64,000 nt of DNA, from IMG/VR virus record IMGVR_UViG_3300042988_001121, positions 64,001-128,000 of that record. The stretch is one strand, 5' to 3'. Positions 28,817 through 38,785 of the stretch are shown piece by piece (position 1 is the first letter of the stretch; each line of letters opens with the position of its first letter). The notes beneath the pieces are model-generated. The model had not been told where the DNA came from. It saw only the letters and a program-made list of their open reading frames with translations, and did no database searches. A program made the position numbers and the translations under genes. This stretch comes from a virus.

Positions 28817-29377
28817 TTATTTTGCTGCTACGTAAAAGATGTGTTGACCGACCTTTTCGACCTTCTTATTGGGGTCTACCCATTTGGGAGTCTTGATGTA
28901 GTCGGTGTGATAGAACTTTGCATCCTTCAATTCAGGGATTCTTCCGCCTTGTTTGAATTCAGCAACAGCCTTCTTGCTTTCTACCCATAACTTTCCTTTT
29001 GGTGTCACGGTTTTCTTTTTCTTTTCGAGTGTCCAGCTAAATTGAGACTTAGCAAAAACAACTTTACAAATGTCGGACCCCCATCGACCTGTCTTCAATC
29101 TGTTGTAAGTTACCTGAGCAACAGCAATCTTACCTTCAAATGGTTCTACTCCTGCTTCGTGCATTACATTTTTTGTAAGACACTCTGTTTCCTTATTTGA
29201 CAGGTTCACGACTTCAGAAGTCTTGATAACCTGTATCTCTTTTCTTAGACTCGCTACCTCTGACTTGATTTCACGAATCTCTGTTCCGATTGATGATACC
29301 GTTTGCTGAGTTGTATAAGAAGAATACAGAACAGCAGAGGTGATGATGATGGATAACCCGGTTACAATTTTAGGCAT
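28817..29377 (-). CDS. SleB-like cell wall hydrolase (Hydrolase_2) with N-terminal membrane anchor
   Basis: CLTKNVMHEA, EGKIAVAQVTYNR, ICKVV..SQFSW, FYHTDY, GQHIFY. Confidence 0.92.
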   Translation of the reverse strand: MPKIVTGLSIIITSAVLYSSYTTQQTVSSIGTEIREIKSEVASLRKEIQVIKTSEVVNLSNKETECLTKNVMHEAGVEPFEGKIAVAQVTYNRLKTGRWGSDICKVVFAKSQFSWTLEKKKKTVTPKGKLWVESKKAVAEFKQGGRIPELKDAKFYHTDYIKTPKWVDPNKKVEKVGQHIFYVAAK

Positions 29378-29396
29378 TTCGTTTTCTCCTGCCTCT

Positions 29397-29430
29397 ATTG
29401 TACCGGGTTTCTTTTTATGTGTAGTTTATT
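29397..29430 (-). promoter_or_regulatory. early promoter cassette copy 4 (variant)
   Basis: AATAAACTACACATAAAAAGAAACCCGGTACAATAG. Confidence 0.75.
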
Positions 29431-30334
29431 TCTTACTGGTCAGATCGTAATAAGACCACTTGCCTGTATCACCGACCTTGACAGCTTGCCACTTAGGATG
29501 CTTACCAGTTGTCTCGGACAAAACATCTACGTTCTTATTGATACATGCACGAAGGTTTGTCAGCCCTTTTACAAAAGTATCGGTCTTATATTGACGAGTT
29601 ACGAACAGTGCATTGGTCGCAACAGTGGAAACCCCGGTCGAACTCATCTTCGAGTAATTCAGTTTAGCGGGTACATACACGTTCTTCAGTTTCGCAACAG
29701 TTGCCTCAGGAATCTCTAACAGCTTATATGTATTTGTCAGGGGCGCAAGAATAGGCAATGGGCTACCACCAACCAATACCGCTGCATGAGCCTGACCTGT
29801 TGTGATCATCTTAATTGCGTCATCGTTAGTCTTTGCTTCAACGATATTAAAGTTAATCTCGGTTTGAAGACGAATGACCTGTGCTGTGATGTAGCTGCCA
29901 CCACTTGCAACAACTGTTCGACCAACTAGATCATTGATGGAGTTGAATTGTACTTGTTTAGCACCGAACCCCATTGTTCCACCTTCTTTGATGTTAGGTG
30001 TCGTGAGTGTAACGAAGTGTACTTCTTCTGGATGCAAAGTCACCAGAGTTTTAACATTAGATAAATCTTCGGTTCGACTCCGATAGAAAAGAACATCAGT
30101 CTGAACAAATGCACCGTTAACAGTGTTACCCGTGAGCATATCAATATTATCCATTGAGCCGTTGCTATTCTGCTCGGACAGCATAATGGTGTCTTTACAA
30201 GTCTCCTGAAGTTCTTTGAACATCTTGCTATAGGTTCCGCTACTACTTCCTGTTGCGACCTTAAGATTTTGACTGAATGTCACTGATGTGAACATCATCA
30301 GAGCGAAGACGAAAATTGTTTTGAGTTTAGTCAT
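29426..30334 (-). CDS. TAXI-family TRAP solute-binding-like protein with signal peptide
   Basis: VATGSSSGTY, GSMDNI, AFVQTDV, LHPEEVHFV, GGSYITA. Confidence 0.85.
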   Translation of the reverse strand: MTKLKTIFVFALMMFTSVTFSQNLKVATGSSSGTYSKMFKELQETCKDTIMLSEQNSNGSMDNIDMLTGNTVNGAFVQTDVLFYRSRTEDLSNVKTLVTLHPEEVHFVTLTTPNIKEGGTMGFGAKQVQFNSINDLVGRTVVASGGSYITAQVIRLQTEINFNIVEAKTNDDAIKMITTGQAHAAVLVGGSPLPILAPLTNTYKLLEIPEATVAKLKNVYVPAKLNYSKMSSTGVSTVATNALFVTRQYKTDTFVKGLTNLRACINKNVDVLSETTGKHPKWQAVKVGDTGKWSYYDLTSKK

Positions 30335-30342
30335 GATTTTCC

Positions 30343-30483
30343 TTAGTTAATAGAAAGACTTTTCAGGGCATTATTGCCGGTTGGCGCTGTTGGTGTTGGA
30401 GTCTGATCATTTGGTTGCGTGATAACCAGAAGAACAAAGACCACCAGAAGAACAAGAAGGGTTCCGATTAGTCGGGCAAACAT
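30343..30483 (-). CDS. small single-TM protein (not in ORF track)
   Basis: MFARLIGTLLVLLVVFVLLVITQPNDQTPTPTAPTGNNALKSLSIN*; TAATG overlap. Confidence 0.65.
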   Translation of the reverse strand: MFARLIGTLLVLLVVFVLLVITQPNDQTPTPTAPTGNNALKSLSIN

Positions 30484-31220
30484 TATGCAGTCACCTTTAC
30501 TTTCGAGTTAATAGTAGTTGCAGGAATAATAGTGTAACCGGGATTGTTTTCAATAGCAAGGGTTGAGGCAGGTTCCAATGATGCAGCAACCTCAATCTCA
30601 GCAAATGCAGTGCTCATGCTATTGATAACCGAATCAAGCGCAGTGTCTGCTTTCAGCTTCTCATAAAGATCGCCTGTATCCATCTTCGCTGCCTTATTTG
30701 CTTCCTGTGCGGCTTGGCTCATTTCCCAGTATGCTCGCGCCTCTACTAGCTTATCTTCCCCGGCTTCAATTGCACGTCTTGCTTGTTCTAGCGCTGCCTT
30801 TTTCTGCTCAACCAACTTAGTCATTGCTGCTAGTTGATTCTCGAACTCAGCGGCACGGGCAGGGTATTTTGTCGAGAACTCTCGACACTTGACCGCAAAA
30901 TTATTCCTTGCCGCAACAGCTTCAGTAACATTTGTGACAAAGGTATCGTAGGCGTTGCGTTTCTCGATCAAAAGATTCTGTAGAGTCTCAATCGGATTCT
31001 TTGCTGCCTCGGCAGTAATTGCTCCGACTTTCCAGTTTGCTAGTTTCATTGAAACCACCGGCGCAGCGTTCACGACAACCAATCCAATTGATGCCGCAAT
31101 AACTGCGCCAACGATTCCTTGAACTACCATGAAAATGATAGGGCTAATGATCAATGCCCCAAGAGCGATTAGCCCTACTTTAAAAATCTTATTCCACTTT
31201 TCAAATTTTTGATTCATCAT
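30483..31220 (-). CDS. membrane-anchored coiled-coil protein, PspA/IM30-like
   Basis: Two N-terminal TM segments followed by a long A/E/K-rich helical region. Confidence 0.6.
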   Translation of the reverse strand: MMNQKFEKWNKIFKVGLIALGALIISPIIFMVVQGIVGAVIAASIGLVVVNAAPVVSMKLANWKVGAITAEAAKNPIETLQNLLIEKRNAYDTFVTNVTEAVAARNNFAVKCREFSTKYPARAAEFENQLAAMTKLVEQKKAALEQARRAIEAGEDKLVEARAYWEMSQAAQEANKAAKMDTGDLYEKLKADTALDSVINSMSTAFAEIEVAASLEPASTLAIENNPGYTIIPATTINSKVKVTA

Positions 31221-31642
31221 TTCACCTCATTGTAAGTTAAACCTAAAACATCCATCAACATTGTTTTGACCATCAAATTCGGAATTCGGTTTCTTTTTCC
31301 GGCTACTTCGAATCCCATCATTGTAGCAACCTCAACGATAGCTCCACTTCGACAAATTCCTGCATGGCAGTGAACAATGACGTTCATTTCTTCTGTCAGA
31401 GCAAATTCTAACAGAGATTTGATCATTTTTGCTTGCAAGTATGTGAATTTGGATTCCTCGGGAAACCCGCTATCCTTTTCACAGTCCAAAAATTCAAATT
31501 GATGAACTGATGAAAAGTTATAAGCAGGCACAGGGAACCCATACGCAGGATCAGCGATCTGAATTAACATTGACCGAGGACCGGGGTCAGTGTGATGCCC
31601 GTGTATCACATCGATCCTCGGGCAATTTTCAATAAAACTCAT
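31217..31642 (-). CDS. protein-tyrosine/dual-specificity phosphatase-like protein
   Basis: VHCHAGICRSGA (HCxxGxxR). Confidence 0.85.
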   Translation of the reverse strand: MSFIENCPRIDVIHGHHTDPGPRSMLIQIADPAYGFPVPAYNFSSVHQFEFLDCEKDSGFPEESKFTYLQAKMIKSLLEFALTEEMNVIVHCHAGICRSGAIVEVATMMGFEVAGKRNRIPNLMVKTMLMDVLGLTYNEVK

Positions 31643-31977
31643 AGTGTCACCTCTGCGTAACCCGGTGCTTCACGGTATCCGATTTTCTCGAAAACGAAAA
31701 CCTCGAACCAATCCTTTACTTCTTGAGGAAGTGATGCGTAACTTACATCTTCTGGATTTTCATAATCCGTGTCAGATGAAGCAAACTTTACCCAACAATC
31801 TTCGTGTCCCTGAAGACGAAGATCATCCACATCATCAGCATCGAGCAACCATTCTGGCATCTTCACTGTGCAATCAAATGTATATTCAAACCCATTGAAT
31901 TCAATAACACCCCAAAATGTATTGGATACCATTGTTTCTTCTACATCATCGAAGCAGAGGGAGAATTTTGAAGCCAT
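31639..31977 (-). CDS. acidic hypothetical protein
   Basis: First gene after promoter cassette copy 5. Confidence 0.7.
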   Translation of the reverse strand: MASKFSLCFDDVEETMVSNTFWGVIEFNGFEYTFDCTVKMPEWLLDADDVDDLRLQGHEDCWVKFASSDTDYENPEDVSYASLPQEVKDWFEVFVFEKIGYREAPGYAEVTL

Positions 31978-32010
31978 TTTTAACTTTCGCATTTCGTTGT
32001 CGATGGAGTT

Positions 32011-32044
32011 ATTGTATCACAGAGAAACTTTATGTGTAGTTTAT
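32011..32044 (-). promoter_or_regulatory. early promoter cassette copy 5
   Basis: ATAAACTACACATAAAGTTTCTCTGTGATACAAT. Confidence 0.85.
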
Positions 32045-32328
32045 CCTGAAACAGAATCAGGTGAGCCACCAACGATGTGTCCAGAATAGTAACCATCGAA
32101 ATTATCTCCAATTCTGGCTAACTGAACCCCATCAACTATATCAGTGCCACTTCCAGAAACAATGACGCCTGTATGACCACATGCAGCACGTACAGTATCA
32201 CCGACTCTTGCGACACCAATACCATTATCAATAACATCAGGACTACAGCTTACAATGGCTCCTGTCTGTGCCTTATGTTTCTTACAGTATCCTACTGTCG
32301 AATCGCCTAACCTTGCAACTGGAATCAT
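32041..32328 (-). CDS. PAAR-repeat spike tip protein (T4 gp5.4-like)
   Basis: PVARLGD, GVARVGD..CGH, QLARIGD. Confidence 0.92.
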   Translation of the reverse strand: MIPVARLGDSTVGYCKKHKAQTGAIVSCSPDVIDNGIGVARVGDTVRAACGHTGVIVSGSGTDIVDGVQLARIGDNFDGYYSGHIVGGSPDSVSG

Positions 32329-32600
32329 TGCGGAATCCTCGAAAATTTAAGTAACTTTTCTTTTTTCTTCTGTGCAGCCATTTCAACCGCATCAGCCGAC
32401 ACGATCCCATGCTTTGTTAGAAGATGAATCATGTGCATCAGATCACCGATTTCTTCGGTCAGATTATCTCGATTCGTGAGATTTGGGTTATCTGGATGAC
32501 ATGAATCATAACCGAACCGAACGATCTTGGTGATTTCTTTGATTACTTCTGAGCATTCTTCGGCAGTAATAACCAAAATTTCCATTTCAATGTTATTCAT
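32325..32600 (-). CDS. MazG-like nucleotide pyrophosphohydrolase
   Basis: ITAEECSEVIKE ... EEIGDL. Confidence 0.82.
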   Translation of the reverse strand: MNNIEMEILVITAEECSEVIKEITKIVRFGYDSCHPDNPNLTNRDNLTEEIGDLMHMIHLLTKHGIVSADAVEMAAQKKKEKLLKFSRIPQ

Positions 32601-32772
32601 ATATTGCTTCGCTATCTGTCTTTAGAACAAAATTTATGCAATTCCAGTGGCTATCTGGAAGTTCGCGCACCCAATATTTGGTTTCGCTTTCTCGTATCAC
32701 ATCTATCGTTGCCCCGACATAAGAAGAATACCAAAACATCTGATCAGCACAAGATATGATTTTGATCTTCAT
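32593..32772 (-). CDS. small hypothetical protein (not in ORF track)
   Basis: MKIKIISCADQMFWYSSYVG...INFVLKTDSEAIYE*, 59 aa, overlaps both neighbours. Confidence 0.6.
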   Translation of the reverse strand: MKIKIISCADQMFWYSSYVGATIDVIRESETKYWVRELPDSHWNCINFVLKTDSEAIYE

Positions 32773-33011
32773 TTGTATGACGTGATCTTGTCTTTACGAA
32801 AGCAGCGCCATTCATTTTGATCAAGATCAAATGCAGCCACGATGTTGTCACCAATCAAAGTAGGAGAATTAGCTCCGCTATGTTTCTCTACCGGGATATG
32901 GTGATAATTCTTTGTACAGCGCATTGAATACGGCTTGTTTTTCTTTGTCATGAAGTTGACAATAATGATACCATCATTCAGACTGTTTTTAAGTGCATTG
33001 ATATCGATCAT
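32769..33011 (-). CDS. WYL-like SH3-fold protein
   Basis: F.TKKN..YSMRCT ... AFDLDQNEWRCFR. Confidence 0.7.
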   Translation of the reverse strand: MIDINALKNSLNDGIIIVNFMTKKNKPYSMRCTKNYHHIPVEKHSGANSPTLIGDNIVAAFDLDQNEWRCFRKDKITSYK

Positions 33012-33241
33012 CGGACAATTTTTCCTATAGTGTTGTTAATATATTCCTGAATCCATTGTTCCACGGTCTTGCTACGATTGACTCCAATAACAATTTTATG
33101 TAACTCTTTTGCGGCTTCGTAAATGTCATCTCTGCCTATGTATCTGCGATCAACTTCATCTAACAATTCTTCATCAGAGAAATATTCTATATGCGTGGCT
33201 GTGTTGTTACGAATCCAATCAATAACATCATCTTGTGTCAT
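33008..33241 (-). CDS. hypothetical protein
   Basis: ATGA overlaps on both sides. Confidence 0.65.
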   Translation of the reverse strand: MTQDDVIDWIRNNTATHIEYFSDEELLDEVDRRYIGRDDIYEAAKELHKIVIGVNRSKTVEQWIQEYINNTIGKIVR

Positions 33242-34623
33242 TTCAGTGTCTCCAGTGTGTCAGTAGAATCTTTATCTTCGCGCAGGCAGACGAAACGTGG
33301 TAAGAAAAGAGAATAATTCTTATCTACATCACAGATCAATTCGTTATATCGAACCGTAACGACACTACCGACACCGATATCACAATCACCGGGGTTGGCG
33401 ATAAGTGTTTCAAATGAATCTGTTTCTTTGTTCATCATCTGATATTCAACAGGAGCGCCTGTTAAATTCGCATAGATTTCTGAACGTAGTTTAAGAGAAA
33501 ATCCTGATACAGAAACTTTTACCTTATTGTCATCTGTTTCGAGATTAAGTGATCCGAGGTTTCCTAACAGTTCGCCCTTGCCTTCATTGAAGGAAACGAC
33601 TCGGAATTCACCTTCTTTTTCTGACTTGAGTTTCAACGTGTCCTTGACCCGTTTGTTCTCCCAAATCCCATCAATTCGCTTTAGCATAGCCCCTTCTTCT
33701 CCATCAGACAATTTCTTCTGGAAGAATTCATTGACTTCGCGCTGAGAATACACAACCTTCGATTCGATCAGACTGATTAGATTCTTATATGGGTTCTTTT
33801 CAACAAATGAACTCAACATCGCCAATCGGTCGCAATATGGCAAATCATATTTTTCTGAAAAATATGAATCCAGCGGAATCATGTCCCATGCAACCAGATG
33901 CAGGTACTTGATTTCATCTTGTGAAATAGTTCCCTTCACTGCCTTGTTGATGATCCCGTTACCAATTTTACGTGGAAGAAATTTTCCTGTATTCGGATCA
34001 ATTGCCAGTAACTCGCAGTCTACCACAAAATCTGATGGAAATGTAGAGAGCAGAGAATCGAAATGATTATTCACCTCGATTTCTCGACCACTTCGAGTAT
34101 TGAGTGTCACGGTTCCATTTGTCAGTGTAACAAAGGTGCGTGTACCATCTGACTTAAGTTGAACAATATAAGACTTTTGATTACCATAATACTTATCGAA
34201 AGCCTTCTGCGTAAATGGACTAGCAAGCATCTGAGGAAACTCCGGCGCGATTCCGTCCCAAATATCATTTGCCTGTGTATCAACCCCGCACCCCGGTTTC
34301 TTCTTTAGAATACGACAAATAAGATCGGCATATTCAGGTGAAACAGAATCAATCAACTCCTGAATATATTCAATCGCAGCATTGCCTGTAATCTGACGAC
34401 CAGCAATGTCTTTCTCTAGTTTCCGCATTGCAACAACAATTGGAACATCGCCGGTTGCTCGTTGAACGAAATCCTTTTTTTGATAGAAGTTAATGTGAGG
34501 GTGCAGTGCAAGCCGAAAGAAGTCACGAAGAATTGGATTATCAGCATGTTCTTTCAGAATAGCTAGTTTGTCGTTCTTCTTCGTGGTTGATTCGAGCAAC
34601 TTAATAACACCATGTACAGTCAT
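33238..34623 (-). CDS. 30: ATP-dependent DNA ligase (T4 gp30-like)
   Basis: QLKSDGTR (KxDG), VDCEL, EEGAMLK, LKLK, SLFLPRF. Confidence 0.95.
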   Translation of the reverse strand: MTVHGVIKLLESTTKKNDKLAILKEHADNPILRDFFRLALHPHINFYQKKDFVQRATGDVPIVVAMRKLEKDIAGRQITGNAAIEYIQELIDSVSPEYADLICRILKKKPGCGVDTQANDIWDGIAPEFPQMLASPFTQKAFDKYYGNQKSYIVQLKSDGTRTFVTLTNGTVTLNTRSGREIEVNNHFDSLLSTFPSDFVVDCELLAIDPNTGKFLPRKIGNGIINKAVKGTISQDEIKYLHLVAWDMIPLDSYFSEKYDLPYCDRLAMLSSFVEKNPYKNLISLIESKVVYSQREVNEFFQKKLSDGEEGAMLKRIDGIWENKRVKDTLKLKSEKEGEFRVVSFNEGKGELLGNLGSLNLETDDNKVKVSVSGFSLKLRSEIYANLTGAPVEYQMMNKETDSFETLIANPGDCDIGVGSVVTVRYNELICDVDKNYSLFLPRFVCLREDKDSTDTLETLK

Positions 34624-34640
34624 TTTGAACTTTCAAATAA

Positions 34641-36674
34641 TTAAACAGGAACCTCAACGAGTTTCGCTTGACATTTAATCTGCTTAGTGATACCGGGGAA
34701 ATTCATCATCACGATATCATCATAGTCAAACACATCAGTGAACCATTTCTTTCCAAGAATTATACCAAACTTTTTCATCACAATTCCATTGAGCAGAGAA
34801 GAAATTTCTTGTTGTACTTCTTTGACGTCGCGAGTTGTGTTGATGACAGTTGACATTGCCTGTTGACTAGGAGTCAGATTTTTCCCGGCAGCAATTGCGT
34901 CACGCACATCAGATACTTTTGGAATAGAAGAAAAACCGGCAAGGCTGATACGCAATTCCTTTGCCATGTACGGATCAACTTTCTCATCGGCATCAGTTAA
35001 TGGAGAGAAACCACCTTCGCTGATACCATACTTTTTCAGGAACAGGGTTGCTTCTTCTCCATAGAGAGCAGAAAACTTCTGACCGGGAGCTGACCTATCT
35101 TTTCCTTCATTGATTACTTTTTGTTCGCACCGAAGTGTATACAACTTAAAGTAGTCAGTAAACATTTCCTTGGCAGTGGTTGGAGTTACCATTGAACGGT
35201 TAATTACTGGCATCGAAGAAATATCAATGACATATGTCTTACCAACCATAAAAGGTTCAAGTGGAATACCATTCATTACCAGAAGATCATGAGTAGCCTT
35301 CGTAAGAATGACCGGCAGTTTCTTCAGATTAACGATCCCATCGGTAACAATAGAGTAGTTACGGAAAATGAATGTATCAAACTCAGTGAACCCATAAGAA
35401 TTATCTGGCAACTGAACTTTACCATTACGGCGAACGAGCAGACCGATGTTTGGTCGATCTTCATTGAATTTCAGAGTCGTGATATCAGCCAGAATTACAG
35501 TATCTGTGTCAACGAACTTTGGTGTGAACCCATCGATTTCTCGCGGTTTGCGTGAATTTCCGATTGACCGATATTCAAATTCAGGATGACTAATGTTCAG
35601 TAAATTGCCCTCAAACGAAACAATATCCATCAACAAAGTCAACACATTATATGCATTTGGGTCAACCGCAAGATTAGTGTTGCGTGGTTTAATTGCATAG
35701 AATGGATTATCTGGCGTTCCAAGCGTTTTTGCGACTTCAACAACCTGATTGTAGTCTTGCTTAGTAAAAGCGTTCTGAAGACGATTAAAGAGGTTTACGT
35801 CACCGATTGCAGCAGCAACATCAACAGCAACATCTGTTAAGCCGCGTTGAACCAATGCAGCGACCAACATAGACATGTCACGATTGGATTCAGCTAGTTC
35901 CGGCGCTATTTCGAGATTGCCGCTGCCCGTGAAATATGCGATTGTATTAACATTCGCAGGAACAGTAACTTCCTTTGCTCCATTGGGAACAGAGATTACA
36001 TAACTGTCATCCGTGAACCCAACAACAAATCCGATGGAGTTGATTTCAGAGACTTTGATAGTAACACGTTTGCCACCAGAAACATTACCACCCAATGTTT
36101 TTTCAAGCAAAGTTGAATAAGAAGAAAATTCACTTGCCCCAATGACTTCACCTCCAACAGCCTCTGCCATCATGGTAAGTGTATCGTGATCAGCATAGTA
36201 ACCATATTCAATGAAGATCGAAGAATCAATGACTTCACTGAGTTGTTCACACATTTCATATACAGCGGTCTTTGGTGACTGATTTTCACCACCATCTGTC
36301 ATGAAATACATTGCGTTAGCATCCGTATCGCTGTTGCTGATAATTCGTTTCACTTCTTCTAGCGGAGAAACGAAACCTGTTGCACCAATAGGTTTCAGGA
36401 AACGGTCGATTGCAGCATTGATGGTAGACAGGTCAGTTGCTGTTGCGATTTTGATATTTTCAAAGATCGTTCCGCATTCATTGCGACCACTAAACCAAAC
36501 AAGACTCAGAGAATCCTTTGGTGATACCAGTGAAGGTAACTTGTTCTTCAGGTGTTGGCGCAGCTTAGGAAGATCATTTGACATTGAACCAGAAACATCA
36601 ACCACAACAATGCGATTGACGCTCTGATCTTTTTTGACTTCTGGTTTGTCGATTTTATGAAATACGATTTTCAT
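34641..36674 (-). CDS. von Willebrand factor A domain protein
   Basis: MIDAS VVVDVSGSM, T (GATG), FMTDG. Confidence 0.85.
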   Translation of the reverse strand: MKIVFHKIDKPEVKKDQSVNRIVVVDVSGSMSNDLPKLRQHLKNKLPSLVSPKDSLSLVWFSGRNECGTIFENIKIATATDLSTINAAIDRFLKPIGATGFVSPLEEVKRIISNSDTDANAMYFMTDGGENQSPKTAVYEMCEQLSEVIDSSIFIEYGYYADHDTLTMMAEAVGGEVIGASEFSSYSTLLEKTLGGNVSGGKRVTIKVSEINSIGFVVGFTDDSYVISVPNGAKEVTVPANVNTIAYFTGSGNLEIAPELAESNRDMSMLVAALVQRGLTDVAVDVAAAIGDVNLFNRLQNAFTKQDYNQVVEVAKTLGTPDNPFYAIKPRNTNLAVDPNAYNVLTLLMDIVSFEGNLLNISHPEFEYRSIGNSRKPREIDGFTPKFVDTDTVILADITTLKFNEDRPNIGLLVRRNGKVQLPDNSYGFTEFDTFIFRNYSIVTDGIVNLKKLPVILTKATHDLLVMNGIPLEPFMVGKTYVIDISSMPVINRSMVTPTTAKEMFTDYFKLYTLRCEQKVINEGKDRSAPGQKFSALYGEEATLFLKKYGISEGGFSPLTDADEKVDPYMAKELRISLAGFSSIPKVSDVRDAIAAGKNLTPSQQAMSTVINTTRDVKEVQQEISSLLNGIVMKKFGIILGKKWFTDVFDYDDIVMMNFPGITKQIKCQAKLVEVPV

Positions 36675-36722
36675 TTCTGTTTGTCCAATAAAGTTTGATA
36701 ATGATACCCGAAAATGTGAAGG

Positions 36723-36866
36723 TCACATCGGGTGATTTGGTTTTCCCTCGTCCAGTTGATGACGAGGTGTGTTGTCCAATTCTTCTTTTGCTTCTCGGAA
36801 AGCAATCTTAGCAATCCGTTTTGCTTCTGGGGCGTCGAAAACGGATTGTGGTACAGTGCGTTTCAT
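36723..36866 (-). CDS. small hypothetical protein (not in ORF track)
   Basis: MKRTVPQSVFDAPEAKRIAKIAFREAKEELDNTPRHQLDEGKPNHPM*; SD AAGGA. Confidence 0.55.
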   Translation of the reverse strand: MKRTVPQSVFDAPEAKRIAKIAFREAKEELDNTPRHQLDEGKPNHPM

Positions 36867-36922
36867 ATCGTTTCCTTGGTTGGTTTCCGTTATTGTATTA
36901 CAGAAACCAACCGAATTTTAAT

Positions 36923-37888
36923 TTACGCTGCCAGCGCAATCAAATCATTGAAGATTTCTGTCTTCAGAGATTCGCCTGTACCGAAGTAAGAGTTATGAAA
37001 CTGCCATGAAGGATCACGGCGACCTGTTCCGTGAGTTCCAACTTCAGTGAATGCATTCAGAACACCGTAAGCACTGCCGTGATGATATTCTGCTCCCATG
37101 CCGTTACGGAATTTGTCCATCAAGTTGCTGACCATTTTCTGTGCAGCGCGGGTCTGTTCACTTTCCAGAACATCCTTGTTGAATACTTTCTGTTTAAAGA
37201 AAGCCAGCGCATCGGCATCAGAGGCTTCGATCTGAGTCAGTTTGGTGATCTTGTTACGGAAGTTATCCCAAGATTCATCGACCAGACCAAGATCAAATTT
37301 GAAACGCTTTGCATCCCATTCTTTTGCATGTGTCTGCCGAACTGTACGGCTCTTGTCGCTCAGAGCGATTGACAGTGTATTGTTACATACTGTTCGCGTG
37401 CTAGTGAATTTTGCGCTTGTGGCAAGTGAACCATCGATCGATGTTGTTACTAACAAGTAACCGCCGATATCGTCACCATTGATCGGTGAGAAAGACTTAC
37501 CGATATCGGCTGTTGCCCAAAAACGGCGACCACCAAACAATGTACCGGCAGCAGACATTTTGAAACCATTCAGATCAATCAGTTCACGGAAGAATTCCAT
37601 GATTTCCGCTGGCTGAACTACTTTATAGTCTTTTGATACAACGGACATTGCTTCGTTTGTATCAGACCGAAACAGAACATTTCGATCATTGAAAAGCTGT
37701 TTTCCTGATGCAGTCTGATATTCAACCACTGAACGGAATGCTTCCCACTCCATTCCTGCGGCTTGTTTCCATTGTTCAAGAGTAGCTGTTTCCTCGATTT
37801 GTTGACCCAACCCGTGCCAAATCTTGTTGCGATCACCTGTGAAAGCGAATTCGAACTTGCCATTGGTTTCAGTGATTTGATGTGCCAT
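36923..37888 (-). CDS. DUF932 / phage-plasmid-like protein
   Basis: WHGLG, VSKDYKVVQP, AGTLFGGRRFW, RTVCNNTL. Confidence 0.9.
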   Translation of the reverse strand: MAHQITETNGKFEFAFTGDRNKIWHGLGQQIEETATLEQWKQAAGMEWEAFRSVVEYQTASGKQLFNDRNVLFRSDTNEAMSVVSKDYKVVQPAEIMEFFRELIDLNGFKMSAAGTLFGGRRFWATADIGKSFSPINGDDIGGYLLVTTSIDGSLATSAKFTSTRTVCNNTLSIALSDKSRTVRQTHAKEWDAKRFKFDLGLVDESWDNFRNKITKLTQIEASDADALAFFKQKVFNKDVLESEQTRAAQKMVSNLMDKFRNGMGAEYHHGSAYGVLNAFTEVGTHGTGRRDPSWQFHNSYFGTGESLKTEIFNDLIALAA

Positions 37889-37924
37889 TTTAGGTTTCCT
37901 TCCAAGTTTTGTTGCGATGGAGTT

Positions 37925-37958
37925 ATTGTATCACATAGAAAAATATGTGTAGATTATT
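37925..37958 (-). promoter_or_regulatory. early promoter cassette copy 6
   Basis: AATAATCTACACATATTTTTCTATGTGATACAAT. Confidence 0.9.
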
Positions 37959-38514
37959 TTGTCTTACCGTGGTGTTGAATAAGAGGTTTATCTTTCAGAA
38001 GACGTATTACATCATCGAGCAACCAAGGCTGCATGTCGCCATTTGGTCGGGTATCAATACCAACATCCATACAGCGACCTTCTTGCTCAAACCCACCATG
38101 CTCATGTCCAAAAAGATGAATTGCACCATAATGACACCCTTCCCATCGAGCAATAGGAAAGTGAAACAGGACAAACTGTTGCTTCTGGTAACTAAACCGT
38201 TTATAGTCCTGCACCGAAGCAAAACACGATTGAAGTACCGCATTACCACGTATCACTTTATCGTGATTACCGTATATCAGGTGCTTCGTACCATTCAGTC
38301 GATCAGCGAAGTTCTTAATCTTATCTGGTCTGCCACCAAATGCAAAGTCACCAAGGAAATAAACGGTATCCTCTGGGCTAACGACACGGTTATGCGCCTG
38401 CACAAGATTTTCGGTCATTTCCTCGGTCGAAGAACCTTTTCTTGTCTTGGGACAGAATTCGATGATACGCTCATGGAAAGCGTGTGTGTCACTGGTAACA
38501 AAAATTTTGCTCAT
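37954..38514 (-). CDS. calcineurin-like metallophosphoesterase
   Basis: SDTH, LGD, GNHD, FHFP, GHEH. Confidence 0.92.
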   Translation of the reverse strand: MSKIFVTSDTHAFHERIIEFCPKTRKGSSTEEMTENLVQAHNRVVSPEDTVYFLGDFAFGGRPDKIKNFADRLNGTKHLIYGNHDKVIRGNAVLQSCFASVQDYKRFSYQKQQFVLFHFPIARWEGCHYGAIHLFGHEHGGFEQEGRCMDVGIDTRPNGDMQPWLLDDVIRLLKDKPLIQHHGKTK

Positions 38515-38587
38515 TTTGTTTTATCGTTTCTAAAGAACATCAAGAATTTTCTTCATGCGATGTGTGTAATGACATACATTAACCGGA

Positions 38588-38785
38588 TCAATGTATGTCA
38601 TTACACACATTGTCAAACTTTTCCATTAACAACGCATGAATGGCTTTTGCGAGTTCTTGTGTGGGCGCTTCGGCAATGGTGTTACCGTTTGCGTCATCAA
38701 CGTAAAAGCCATTTACTCGCAGAGGAAGAATAAATGTTCTTCCACCGAGAATAATTGTTCGTTTCGTTACTTGCAGTCTACTCAA
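38588..38785 (-). CDS. hypothetical protein
   Basis: ATGA overlap with upstream gene. Confidence 0.55.
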   Translation of the reverse strand: MSRLQVTKRTIILGGRTFILPLRVNGFYVDDANGNTIAEAPTQELAKAIHALLMEKFDNVCNDIH

